Shown: positions 44,060 through 53,090, counted from the whole stretch's first letter. The stretch: DNA of 62,867 nucleotides, filler included, from 6 parts of 6 records of this genome joined end to end with filler, not necessarily neighbours in it; one strand, 5' to 3'. Translations and numbers: made by a program. The notes: generated from the sequence alone by a model not told the origin.

Positions 44060-45178
44060 TTAATTATCGTATAGACCAAATTCGTCCGCTGCCTGTTTTA
44101 CAACATCGAACTCTGAGTTCACTGCTGGAACAATATCTGTCCAACCGTAAATCTCGTCCATTACCGCGTATCCTTCATCTGTTGATATGTAGTCTTTTAA
44201 TATTGTATATATTTTAGCTTTCATATCTTCAGGTAAGTCAGATCTTACTGCGACAACGTCATTAGGAATTTCTGCAGTTATTCCAATTGCAATGACCTTT
44301 TCACCAACGTCTAATGCAGTTTTTCTTAGAGTTCTTCTTGCATCATCGTAAGTTACACCAAATTTGTGGTCGCCATTGTAAAGAGCTGTAATAACTCCAT
44401 CATGAGATCCTGCAAACACTTGTGTAATGTCCTTGGTGTAGTCAATGCCCATGTTCTTTAATTGCAGTGAAGGGTATAAGTAACCAGATGTTGATCCTTC
44501 TTCGACAAAGACCACTGTGTTACCAACCATTGAATTTAAATCTGCTTCACAAGCATATCCAGGGCTAACTGTTCCATTATCTCGTACCTCTGGTTCAAGA
44601 CCATTATCTCCAAAGCTCCAACCAACTTGTAGCGCTGCTACAGGTGGTGGTGAAGTTTCTGAACCAGGTATTAACGTTTGAACACCATTTACAGTTTCAA
44701 ATGCTCCAATAACTGGTGGAGAAGTACAAACACTTACGTCAGTTGTCCAAAATGTACCATGATAAGATCCTGATCCATAACGCACAACTTTAGCAACCGC
44801 TTCAATTCTGGTAGGAAATACATTCAGTGCGTTAACGTACCCTAAGGTGTTAAAGGCACCGATATCAGCTTGACCTGATCCCATTGCAACTAATAAACCA
44901 GAGAAATCACTGGTTACAAATCCTTCAACTTCAATACCTAAGCCATCAGATAGAACTTTCATCAATGGTTTTATATTGTCTTGAAGATCTGTTTGTTCTG
45001 CACTGGGAATAAATCCGAATGTTATCTTATCAAGAACTGGAGCAACGGTTGTTGCCGGTGATTCAAGTGATTCTGATTCTTCCACAGATGCAGTTTCTTC
45101 TACTGTCTCTTCTGCTGAGCCGCCACATGCGACTAACAACATAGAAAGACAAAGTAGAATAAGAAATGTTTTTTTCAC
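44060..45178 (-). CDS. phnD: PhnD family substrate-binding lipoprotein
   Basis: Lipobox LVAC, GFIPS, STSGYLYP, AGSHD, IPND. Confidence 0.9.
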   Translation of the reverse strand: MKKTFLILLCLSMLLVACGGSAEETVEETASVEESESLESPATTVAPVLDKITFGFIPSAEQTDLQDNIKPLMKVLSDGLGIEVEGFVTSDFSGLLVAMGSGQADIGAFNTLGYVNALNVFPTRIEAVAKVVRYGSGSYHGTFWTTDVSVCTSPPVIGAFETVNGVQTLIPGSETSPPPVAALQVGWSFGDNGLEPEVRDNGTVSPGYACEADLNSMVGNTVVFVEEGSTSGYLYPSLQLKNMGIDYTKDITQVFAGSHDGVITALYNGDHKFGVTYDDARRTLRKTALDVGEKVIAIGITAEIPNDVVAVRSDLPEDMKAKIYTILKDYISTDEGYAVMDEIYGWTDIVPAVNSEFDVVKQAADEFGLYDN

Positions 45179-45246
45179 ATTACCTCCGCTTAACTTACTC
45201 TCATACTAACGAATCTGATAGAAGAGTATTTAAAATTAAGGTAAAT

Positions 45247-45708
45247 TTAATTCGTAGGTATGTATCCAAATTCTCTACTGAGAATATTTCCATTCGTGTC
45301 AAAAATAATTGATATTGGTTGACCTACTACTTGTAGTTCATCTCTTAATTCACTAGTTGAAAAACCAATTGTTAATTTTCCTTTTAAATTGTTTTGTACC
45401 CACTCCATAGTCGGATCAACTTCACTGTGTGCAAGCGCAATAATGTCATAAGTTTCTGAAAGTTTTTCTAAATTCTTTTCTAAGAGAGGCAACTCCTCTC
45501 GACAGATACCTCAGTAGTCAGCCCAGAAAACAATTAGTGTTTTCTTGTTTGTTAAATCTTCAATAACAAAATCACCTAACTCGTTAGTGTATGTCAATGT
45601 AGTTGGTGAGGTATTGACTGTATCAATAGGTATATCTGCTGCAGAATTATCTACAGAAACTGAAGAGCTACAAAAGCTAAAAAACAGAATAAATATTAGT
45701 TTTTTCAT
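45247..45708 (-). CDS. TlpA/ResA-like thioredoxin-fold selenoprotein (in-frame UGA at 45511-45513 read as Sec), 153 aa
   Basis: ORFs 45511-45708 and 45247-45492 are in the same frame; the join reads FWADY-UGA-GICREELP (UxxC); cis-Pro motif VVGQP..IFD.NG. Confidence 0.8.
45484..45500 (-). promoter_or_regulatory. Putative bacterial SECIS hairpin
   Basis: GAGAGG-AGUUG-CCUCUC begins 10 nt after the UGA; G at the second loop position. Confidence 0.7.
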
Positions 45709-45755
45709 AAGTTTATTTTACTTATATACGGATTAAACATTGTTATCCTAACCAT

Positions 45756-46961
45756 ATGAAAATCGGACTGTTATCTGTAGGCACTGAAATTCTGTTAGGT
45801 GATACCATAAACACAAACCTCTCAAAACTTGGGAGCGAACTATATAATTCTGGAAATACACTGACACATGAAGTAACAGTCTCTGATATTGAAGATGAAA
45901 TAATAGCAGGATTTAATTTTCTATATACTTCTTGTGATGTTGTGATTACTTGTGGGGGATTGGGGCCAACTGAAGATGATATTACTCGAGAAGTAATATC
46001 TAAACACCTAAACATAGAATTAGAGCTTGACGAATCTCATGTAGAATTCATGAAAAAAAGATGGCAAGCTAGAGGGCTTATGATGCCAGAAACCAATATG
46101 AAGCAAGCTTATCTTCCTAAAAATTCCATAAAACTAAACAACACACAGGGAACAGCCCCCGGAACTTTAATAGAGTCCGACAATAAAAAAATATTTATAC
46201 TACCCGGGCCACCAAGGGAATTTATTCCAATGGTTCAAGATGAGATAGTCCCACTATTAATAGAGACATCAAATGAGAAACCAAAAAACTATCAGTTTGT
46301 ATTGTTTTACAATCAGGCAGAATCTTCACTTGCTCAGTCAATAAATAAATTTAAACCTGAAGGTATAGACATCGCATATTTAGCAAGTAAAGGAATAATC
46401 AAATTACGTTATGATAAAAATACAATTTCAAATGATGATGAACAATTGTTTATAGACACACTTAGGGATGTGTTTTCAGACGATATCATTGCTTATGAAA
46501 ATATAGATATTTCTAAAATTCTTTTAGATTTACTTATAGAAAAAGAACTCACAATCTCTTTTGTTGAAAGTGTTACTGGTGGAGAGCTATCTTCTAGATT
46601 TACAAAAAATCCAGGTGCTAGCAAAATATTAAAGGGAAGTTCTATCACTTATACAAATGATGCAAAGAAGTTATTAATTGACGAAGAAGTCGATTATAAA
46701 AATTGGCCAGAATTAACTGAGGTCTTGTCTGAAAATGCGTTAAATCATTATTCTACAGACCTTAATCTAAGCATATTAGGTGAGGCAGGTCCAATAACAT
46801 CAAGTAAGTATGGAATTGGTGATATTTTTATCACTATCTCAAATAAAGAAAAATCTGTATCTACTAAACATAAAATTAATGGTAATAGACAAGAAATAAT
46901 TGACAGATCAGTAAATAAAGCCTTTTGGGAGCTTATAAAATTTCTTAAAAACTTGTATTAG
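45756..46961 (+). CDS. cinA: CinA competence/damage-inducible protein (MoCF domain plus PncC-like domain)
   Basis: VGTEILLG...NTN, GGLGPTEDDITRE, GTAPG, LPGPPRE, ESVTGG; upstream of recA. Confidence 0.9.
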   Translation: MKIGLLSVGTEILLGDTINTNLSKLGSELYNSGNTLTHEVTVSDIEDEIIAGFNFLYTSCDVVITCGGLGPTEDDITREVISKHLNIELELDESHVEFMKKRWQARGLMMPETNMKQAYLPKNSIKLNNTQGTAPGTLIESDNKKIFILPGPPREFIPMVQDEIVPLLIETSNEKPKNYQFVLFYNQAESSLAQSINKFKPEGIDIAYLASKGIIKLRYDKNTISNDDEQLFIDTLRDVFSDDIIAYENIDISKILLDLLIEKELTISFVESVTGGELSSRFTKNPGASKILKGSSITYTNDAKKLLIDEEVDYKNWPELTEVLSENALNHYSTDLNLSILGEAGPITSSKYGIGDIFITISNKEKSVSTKHKINGNRQEIIDRSVNKAFWELIKFLKNLY

Positions 46962-46974
46962 AACAAATGTTCTA
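46959..46974. promoter_or_regulatory. LexA (SOS) box upstream of recA
   Basis: Palindrome TAGAAC-AAAT-GTTCTA matches Gram-positive/actinobacterial GAAC-N4-GTTC; lexA on the same contig. Confidence 0.85.
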
Positions 46975-47035
46975 GTAAAATTTGTCTTACATAGATGTTT
47001 TAATTAATAATAATTAATCTAATTAGGAGATAAAA

Positions 47036-48121
47036 ATGGATAAAGACAGGGCAAAAAAACTAGATACAGTATTCGATCAAATTGAGAAACAATTTGGTGA
47101 GGGTTCACTTATGAAACTCGGTGCTGATAATATTAAAAAAATCCCAGCAATATCAACCGGAGCACTATCTATCGATTTAGCTCTAGGTATAGGTGGAATA
47201 CCAAAAGGAAGAGTAGTTGAAATTTATGGGCCAGAAAGTTCTGGTAAGACAACACTTTCTTTACATGTAGCAGCAGAAGCTCAAAAAGCAGGTGGCGTAG
47301 CAGCATTTATAGATGCAGAGCATGCCCTAGATCCTGTTTATGCAGCAGCTCTTGGTGTTGATATCGATGAATTATTAGTCTCACAACCTGACACAGGTGA
47401 ACAAGCTTTAGAGATTGCAGATATGCTTATTGAGTCTGGTGGTGTTGACGTTGTTGTTATTGATTCAGTTGCTGCGCTTGTCCCTAAAGCAGAGATTGAT
47501 GGTGAAATGGGTCAATCTCATGTTGGACTTCAAGCACGATTGATGTCACAAGCATTACGTAAACTAACTGGTTCAATCCATAAAACACAAACTACTGTAA
47601 TTTTTATTAATCAAATTCGTGAAAAAATTGGCGTTATGTGGGGATCTCCAGAAACTACTAGTGGAGGTAGAGCACTTAAATTTTATGCATCAGTTCGTAT
47701 CGATATAAGAAGAATAGAGACACTCAAAGTTGGTGCTGAGATGATAGGTAATAGAGTAAGGGCAAAAATTGTAAAGAATAAAGTTGCTCCTCCGTTTAAA
47801 GAAGCACAATTTGATATTATGTTTGGAAAAGGAATATCTAGAGAAGGTAGCTTGCTAGACGTTGGTGTAGAACATGGCATCGTTCGTAAAGGTGGTGCAT
47901 GGTTTACATATGATGAAGTACAACTTGGTCAGGGTAAAGAGAACTCTAAAAACTATTTAAGAGAAAATCCAGATCTAGCACTTCAGCTTGAAAATGATGT
48001 GTATAAAGCGGTAGGTTTGATTGAATCAGACACGGAAGATGTAACAACTGATGATGTTGAAACAGATGACATTTCAGTTGATGAAACAAAAGAATCAAAA
48101 ACCACTAATAAAGAAAAATAA
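47036..48121 (+). CDS. recA: Recombinase RecA
   Basis: [30 protein letters not shown]. Confidence 0.99.
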   Translation: MDKDRAKKLDTVFDQIEKQFGEGSLMKLGADNIKKIPAISTGALSIDLALGIGGIPKGRVVEIYGPESSGKTTLSLHVAAEAQKAGGVAAFIDAEHALDPVYAAALGVDIDELLVSQPDTGEQALEIADMLIESGGVDVVVIDSVAALVPKAEIDGEMGQSHVGLQARLMSQALRKLTGSIHKTQTTVIFINQIREKIGVMWGSPETTSGGRALKFYASVRIDIRRIETLKVGAEMIGNRVRAKIVKNKVAPPFKEAQFDIMFGKGISREGSLLDVGVEHGIVRKGGAWFTYDEVQLGQGKENSKNYLRENPDLALQLENDVYKAVGLIESDTEDVTTDDVETDDISVDETKESKTTNKEK

Positions 48122-48158
48122 TATATATATTTTCTAAAAATATCCATATAATTTAATT

Positions 48159-49535
48159 GTGAAAGCAGCAATTGAATTAAACAAAACTCCAAGGGCCAAA
48201 CCGTCAAGGAGCGGATTAAATTATTTTGTTAAAACCTTTGGTTGTCAGATGAATGAACATGATTCTGAACGTATCGCTGGACTATTTGAATACGATGGCA
48301 TGTTAAAGGCTAATTCTTTAGAACAAGCTGATGTATTATTTATCAACACATGCACAATTCGTGAAAATGCAGATGACAAGTTATATGGAACACTCGGACA
48401 ACTTAAAAAATGGAAAAGCGAAAAAAGTAATCGTAAATTATTGGTAGGTGGCTGTGCTGCTCAAAAAGATAAAGAATTAGTCAGAGAGCGTGCTCCATGG
48501 GTAGATGTTGTTATTGGAACTCATAATCTCACTAATATTGTAAACCTATTAAATCAAAGCGAAGATTGGGGGCCGATTACTGAAGTTATTGATGAGATAG
48601 AATCCCTACCCACAGATGCACCTTCAATACGTGAGTCAGAAGTATCTGCTTGGCTAACGATTCAAATTGGATGTAATAACAGTTGTACCTTCTGTATTGT
48701 CCCATCTGTACGAGGTCCAGAAATTAGTAGGCGTCCTTCTGACATAGTTAATGAGGCTACAGCAATGATAGATAGTGGAGTTAAAGAGATTACCTTACTG
48801 GGACAGAATGTTAACTCATACGGAAGAGATTTGAAAATTAATGGTTCTTCTAAACCATATTTTACCGAACTATTAACGGAATTAAATAACGTAGAAGGAT
48901 TAAAACGTATAAGATTTACATCACCTCACCCAAAAGACTTTAAACCTGAAACCCTTATTGCAGTAAATGATCTAGATAAAGTAGCGAACCAGATCCATAT
49001 GCCATTACAAAGTGGTAGTAATAAAATATTAAGAAAAATGCAACGTGGATACACTCAAGAAAAGTTTCTTGAAAAACTTAACCTAGCAAAAGAAACAATA
49101 GAAGATGTTTCACTAACAACTGATATTATTGTGGGCTTTCCAGGTGAAACAGATGAAGATTTTGAAGAGACATTAAAAGTTATTAAAGAATCACAATTTG
49201 ACGCTGTATATATGTTTAAATTTTCACCTCGCCCAGGAACAACAGCAAACACAATGGATGATGATTTTATTGAAAAAGGGGTTATTGACTCAAGGTTTAT
49301 GAAACTTAAAGAAATACAAACTGAAATCAGTCACGTTCGTTACAAAAGATTTATTGGAACAGACCAAAAATTACTTGTAGAAAAATACTCTAAGAAAACG
49401 AATACATTTATGAGTGGAAAAATAGATGGAGGACAGACAGTACACATACCTTCTCAGGACGTATCAATAGGTGATTTTCTTGATGTAAGGATTATTGAAG
49501 CTACTCCCTTTGCTTTAACCGCGGAAATTATCTAA
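48159..49535 (+). CDS. miaB: tRNA methylthiotransferase MiaB
   Basis: TFGCQMNEHDSE, CNNSCTFC radical SAM motif, TRAM tail. Confidence 0.95.
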   Translation: MKAAIELNKTPRAKPSRSGLNYFVKTFGCQMNEHDSERIAGLFEYDGMLKANSLEQADVLFINTCTIRENADDKLYGTLGQLKKWKSEKSNRKLLVGGCAAQKDKELVRERAPWVDVVIGTHNLTNIVNLLNQSEDWGPITEVIDEIESLPTDAPSIRESEVSAWLTIQIGCNNSCTFCIVPSVRGPEISRRPSDIVNEATAMIDSGVKEITLLGQNVNSYGRDLKINGSSKPYFTELLTELNNVEGLKRIRFTSPHPKDFKPETLIAVNDLDKVANQIHMPLQSGSNKILRKMQRGYTQEKFLEKLNLAKETIEDVSLTTDIIVGFPGETDEDFEETLKVIKESQFDAVYMFKFSPRPGTTANTMDDDFIEKGVIDSRFMKLKEIQTEISHVRYKRFIGTDQKLLVEKYSKKTNTFMSGKIDGGQTVHIPSQDVSIGDFLDVRIIEATPFALTAEII

Positions 49536-50360
49536 TTGCTCTATTTTTTAACTGGCACAACTGCATCTGGAAAGACAAATGTTGCACATGAAATTGCAAT
49601 TGAGCGAAATATTCCACTGCTTTCCCTTGATTCCATGGCAGTGTATAGAGGTTTAGATATATTAAGCGCCAAACCAACTGATGTAATGCAGGCTCAGGTT
49701 GAATATCTTGGTATTGATATAGCAGAACCTGACCAAAACTTTTCAGTAGTAGATTTCCTTAACTATTTATTAGATATTGATTTTCCAAAAATGACCTACG
49801 AGAGAGATATTTTAGCAGTTGGGGGAACTGGATTATATTTTTCATCAATGGTAAAAAACTTTGAATTTCGTCCTACTGATCCATCTATTCGAGCTGAACT
49901 AGAGCAACTTAATTATGGACAACTTCTTAAATTTCATGACGTTTATAAAATTGAGCTCCCAAATGTTGAGCTAAATAAAAGAAGATTAATTCGAAATATT
50001 GAATCTAGTCTTCTTGAAGATTCAAAATATATATTCCCACCATTAAATATAAGTAAAAATAAAGTTGGTATTTTTTGGAACAACCCTGATTACAAAGCAA
50101 ATATTGAACAACGAACAAAGTTGATGATAGAAAATGGATTAGCTAATGAACTATCATCACTTTTAAATCCATCTAAAACCATACTTCAAGCTATAGGCAT
50201 GAATGTAAATACAGACATAGAATCTAACATAAATCAGAAAACCTTTAAATTAGTAAAAAAACAAATTACTTGGTTTAAAAAAGAAACATCTCTTGAACAA
50301 CATTCAACAAACGACCCTAATTTTATAAAAAATAAAATGATAGAGTTAATGGATGAGTAA
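49536..50360 (+). CDS. miaA: tRNA dimethylallyltransferase MiaA (compact/divergent)
   Basis: GTTASGKT, DSMAVYRGLDILSAKP, VGGTGLY, KKQITWF. Confidence 0.9.
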   Translation: MLYFLTGTTASGKTNVAHEIAIERNIPLLSLDSMAVYRGLDILSAKPTDVMQAQVEYLGIDIAEPDQNFSVVDFLNYLLDIDFPKMTYERDILAVGGTGLYFSSMVKNFEFRPTDPSIRAELEQLNYGQLLKFHDVYKIELPNVELNKRRLIRNIESSLLEDSKYIFPPLNISKNKVGIFWNNPDYKANIEQRTKLMIENGLANELSSLLNPSKTILQAIGMNVNTDIESNINQKTFKLVKKQITWFKKETSLEQHSTNDPNFIKNKMIELMDE

Positions 50361-51087
50361 TTTCGCTTATATGTCTGGTACAGGAAATGATTTTATTGTT
50401 TCTCCTTACACTGGCCCTACTTCGGAGATTCAAATTATTTCTCTTGTTGCGGATTCTGATTATGAAGTAGATGGGGTCATTTTTGTCGAATCTATAGATG
50501 ATTCAACTGTAAAAATGCATTATTTTAATAGTGACGGAACTGCTGCTGAGTTATGTGTCAACGGTGTCAGGTGTACTGCTAAGTACGCTTATGATAATGA
50601 ACTCGTAACCGCACATAAAATGACTGTCGTAGCTCCTGTCGGTAATCTTACTGCAGTTGTTGAAGATTCAGTAGTCACAGTGAATGCACCATTGCCAACT
50701 TACTCAAGTGAATCAATACTAATTGATGATATCGATGGTATTAAGTCACAAGTTGGTAACCCACATTTTTTAGTTAGTGTAGAAAATGTAGAGACTTTCG
50801 ATTTGGCAACTTTTTACAATAAAGTTAATGAATCTGAACATTTCTCCGAGGGGGTCAATGTTGAAATTTATGAAGTTGTTAGTGAAAATTTTGTTAAAAC
50901 AAGAGTATTCGAAAGAGGAGTAGGGGAGACTGATGCCTGTGGTTCCGGCGCATTGTGTTTATTTAACTATCTTTACTCTGAAAAAATTGTACACAACCCA
51001 ACAACAATTCTTTTTCCTGGTGGAGAGTTAGATTTAGAATTTAAAGATACGAACCTGTATATAAGCGGAATCGTTACATATCTCTAA
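50353..51087 (+). CDS. dapF: Diaminopimelate epimerase
   Basis: GTGNDF, NSDG..AELCVNG, GNPH, ERGVGETDACGSG. Confidence 0.92.
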   Translation: MSNFAYMSGTGNDFIVSPYTGPTSEIQIISLVADSDYEVDGVIFVESIDDSTVKMHYFNSDGTAAELCVNGVRCTAKYAYDNELVTAHKMTVVAPVGNLTAVVEDSVVTVNAPLPTYSSESILIDDIDGIKSQVGNPHFLVSVENVETFDLATFYNKVNESEHFSEGVNVEIYEVVSENFVKTRVFERGVGETDACGSGALCLFNYLYSEKIVHNPTTILFPGGELDLEFKDTNLYISGIVTYL

Positions 51088-51537
51088 ATAGAGACACAAC
51101 CTTACCAACTATTGAGATGTTTTCATTTACTTCAATATTTTCGTAGTTTTTATTGGCCGGGATTAGATACTTCTTATTACTTATTGTGTCTATATATTTT
51201 ACTGTAGCCTCAGTTCCTAGTACAAGGAATGCTCCTATATCTCCATTCGTTGGTTGTTTTGACTTATCTACAACTACTAGATCTCCATCATGTATTCCAG
51301 CATCAATCATGGAATCTCCATTTATTTTTAATGCAATAAGCGAGTCATTAAAATTGGTTTCTGGATAAGGAAGCTCTCCAATTATATTTTCCTCTGCAGC
51401 AAGCGGTAACCCAGCTGCTATTTCTCCAACTATTGGGATAGATCTAAATTCATTTGTTACATCATTAAGATGTAGAGATCGTGATTTACCTTCAGATTTA
51501 TTAATAACGCCTCTTTTTTCTAACTTGTTTAAGTGGT
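51074..51537 (-). CDS. lexA: SOS repressor LexA, 5'-truncated at contig end
   Basis: Frame open to contig end: HLNKLEKRG...IPIVGEIAAGLPL (Ala-Gly cleavage site), GDSM (Ser), EATVK (Lys). Confidence 0.92.
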
Positions 51538-51637
51538 NNNNNNNNNNNNNNNNNNNNNNNNNNNNNNNNNNNNNNNNNNNNTTAATTAATTAANNNNNNN
51601 NNNNNNNNNNNNNNNNNNNNNNNNNNNNNNNNNNNNN
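51538..51637. other. Artificial contig-joining linker
   Basis: N44-TTAATTAATTAA-N44. Confidence 0.99.
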
Positions 51638-51644
51638 GATGCAA

Positions 51645-51797
51645 TTAAAATTTAAGCCCTCGCTTTTTAGCTATCTGCTTTATTTTGGTTATCATCTCAC
51701 TATCTTCTTCTTCGCTCTCTAAGATGATTTCAGAGTGGTTGAATGTGTCTACATACTTCCGCAAGTAATCTAGTAGTATTTGAATATCGTCTTTCAT
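51645..51797 (-). CDS. Small hypothetical protein (50 aa)
   Basis: Manual translation MKDDIQILLDYLRKYVDTFNHSEIILESEEEDSEMITKIKQIAKKRGLKF*. Confidence 0.55.
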   Translation of the reverse strand: MKDDIQILLDYLRKYVDTFNHSEIILESEEEDSEMITKIKQIAKKRGLKF

Positions 51798-51871
51798 TAT
51801 CCTAGTCTTTTAAGTTAGTGTAGTTATTTAATCAATGTCGGCATTTTTTAAACCCACCTTGCCATATACTC

Positions 51872-52044
51872 AACGTTAGTGGTCATTTAGATAAATCCAC
51901 CAACCTCTGTACTTCGTTTAAAAACTCCTTCATAAAAGGTGCGTTCATTCCTTCAATATTCCATCCACCACCAATTTTTGCAAAATGATAGTTCAGTCGC
52001 TGCCTTACAATTTCTGATTGCTGAGATAAACGACCACTAACATT
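51872..52044. repeat. 18-bp imperfect inverted repeat with GTT/AAC cores (attC-like cassette ends)
   Basis: AACGTTAGTGGTCATTTA (51872-51889) vs TAAACGACCACTAACATT (52027-52044), 16/18 complementary. Confidence 0.6.
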
Positions 52045-52152
52045 AGATAAATCCAATGCTTGCTTTTGTTGTTCTTGCTCCTTCATTTTTCTAAGGTTTC
52101 TTATTAGTAATTTGCTATTTCCTTTTTTCATAGTCGCACTGTATTTATCCAT
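51883..52152 (-). CDS. Small hypothetical protein (true start may be downstream, MKKG or MKEQ)
   Basis: ORF track; co-oriented with neighbours. Confidence 0.55.
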   Translation of the reverse strand: MDKYSATMKKGNSKLLIRNLRKMKEQEQQKQALDLSNVSGRLSQQSEIVRQRLNYHFAKIGGGWNIEGMNAPFMKEFLNEVQRLVDLSK

Positions 52153-52268
52153 GTCCGCTCATTAGCACATGAAGTTAACAAAGCCCCAAATAAAATACAT
52201 TTAAATAATCTCATAACTCATTCTTTAATTTCAGTAATATACAAATACCCTATTGGGTATCCAACATA

Positions 52269-52433
52269 TTAATCAATAAATTCAATATCATTCCAGGTAT
52301 CATCTTTCTCACCATATAGGCGAGTAACAGCTTTCTTAGGCTTAGCACTAGAACAATTAACGCATGTTTTAGCACTAGGTAAAGCTTTAAGTCTAAGAGG
52401 ATTAATCACCTCCTTACATTTTACACATTTCAT
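52269..52433 (-). CDS. DksA/TraR C4-type zinc-finger protein (54 aa, not in ORF track)
   Basis: MKCVKCKEVINPLRLKALPSAKTCVNC matches CxxC-x3-I-x3-RL-x-A-x-P-x4-CxxC. Confidence 0.8.
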   Translation of the reverse strand: MKCVKCKEVINPLRLKALPSAKTCVNCSSAKPKKAVTRLYGEKDDTWNDIEFID

Positions 52434-52480
52434 AGGTTAATAATTAACATTATATCCTATACATATATCAAAATGGTTAA

Positions 52481-52912
52481 CTATTTGAGTTTCGTTTTTT
52501 TAAGCGCCTTCCATAGCTGCTTTGGCGTGTTAGCTACATATTCTTTCATATTCTCACCCTCACCAATTTGCAAAGTCAAATTACTCCTACCATTATTATC
52601 TTGATAAGTAATCAACCACCACAAAATTACCCCAGCTTTTACCTCACCATAGTATTTGTATATGAATGACTCAATAATTTGATGGAATGGATCCTCATAC
52701 AAAGTCAAATCAATTCCTACATTCAACATCTGGAGCGAGCGCTCATCCAATGAAATAATTACTTCAATTAAATCACAAAAAAACTGCTCCTCATTCTTCC
52801 TAACGGATTGTGCACTTTCATTAATTTGTACACCCTCACCCATAAAGTCAGTAATCGACTTTAATATCTTACCTTCTTTCTTCTTCAATTCCAAATAATT
52901 TAGTAAATTCAT
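52481..52912 (-). CDS. Hypothetical protein (start uncertain)
   Basis: 143-aa ORF co-oriented with the cluster. Confidence 0.6.
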   Translation of the reverse strand: MNLLNYLELKKKEGKILKSITDFMGEGVQINESAQSVRKNEEQFFCDLIEVIISLDERSLQMLNVGIDLTLYEDPFHQIIESFIYKYYGEVKAGVILWWLITYQDNNGRSNLTLQIGEGENMKEYVANTPKQLWKALKKTKLK

Positions 52913-53033
52913 CCATCTCCAAACACTTCAAAGACGAAAATGTCCCTAACGCACCCCATATATTACGTGCTTCACACCAACCAATCGGCTCCTTCATCTT
53001 ATCTCTTTTACTATAAAAATACCACTTCTTCAT
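52869..53033 (-). CDS. Small hypothetical protein (54 aa)
   Basis: Manual translation MKKWYFYSKRDKMKEPIGWCEARNIWGALGTFSSLKCLEMDEFTKLFGIEEERR*. Confidence 0.5.
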   Translation of the reverse strand: MKKWYFYSKRDKMKEPIGWCEARNIWGALGTFSSLKCLEMDEFTKLFGIEEERR

Positions 53034-53090
53034 AATTTTAGTTATTTATGTGTTTATTGAATCTACGAAAATTTTTTTGTCGCACCTATC

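Noticed and set aside
45511-45513. Alternative genetic code (UGA=Trp/Gly) as the explanation for the in-frame TGA
   Set aside because: Other genes on the contig are intact under code 11, use TGG for Trp and use TGA as a stop; the TGA aligns to a catalytic Cys
52128-52214. 28-aa ORF MRLFKCILFGALLTSCANERTWINTVRL with a lipobox, possibly frameshifted into the next ORF
   Set aside because: Too short to support without homologs or reads
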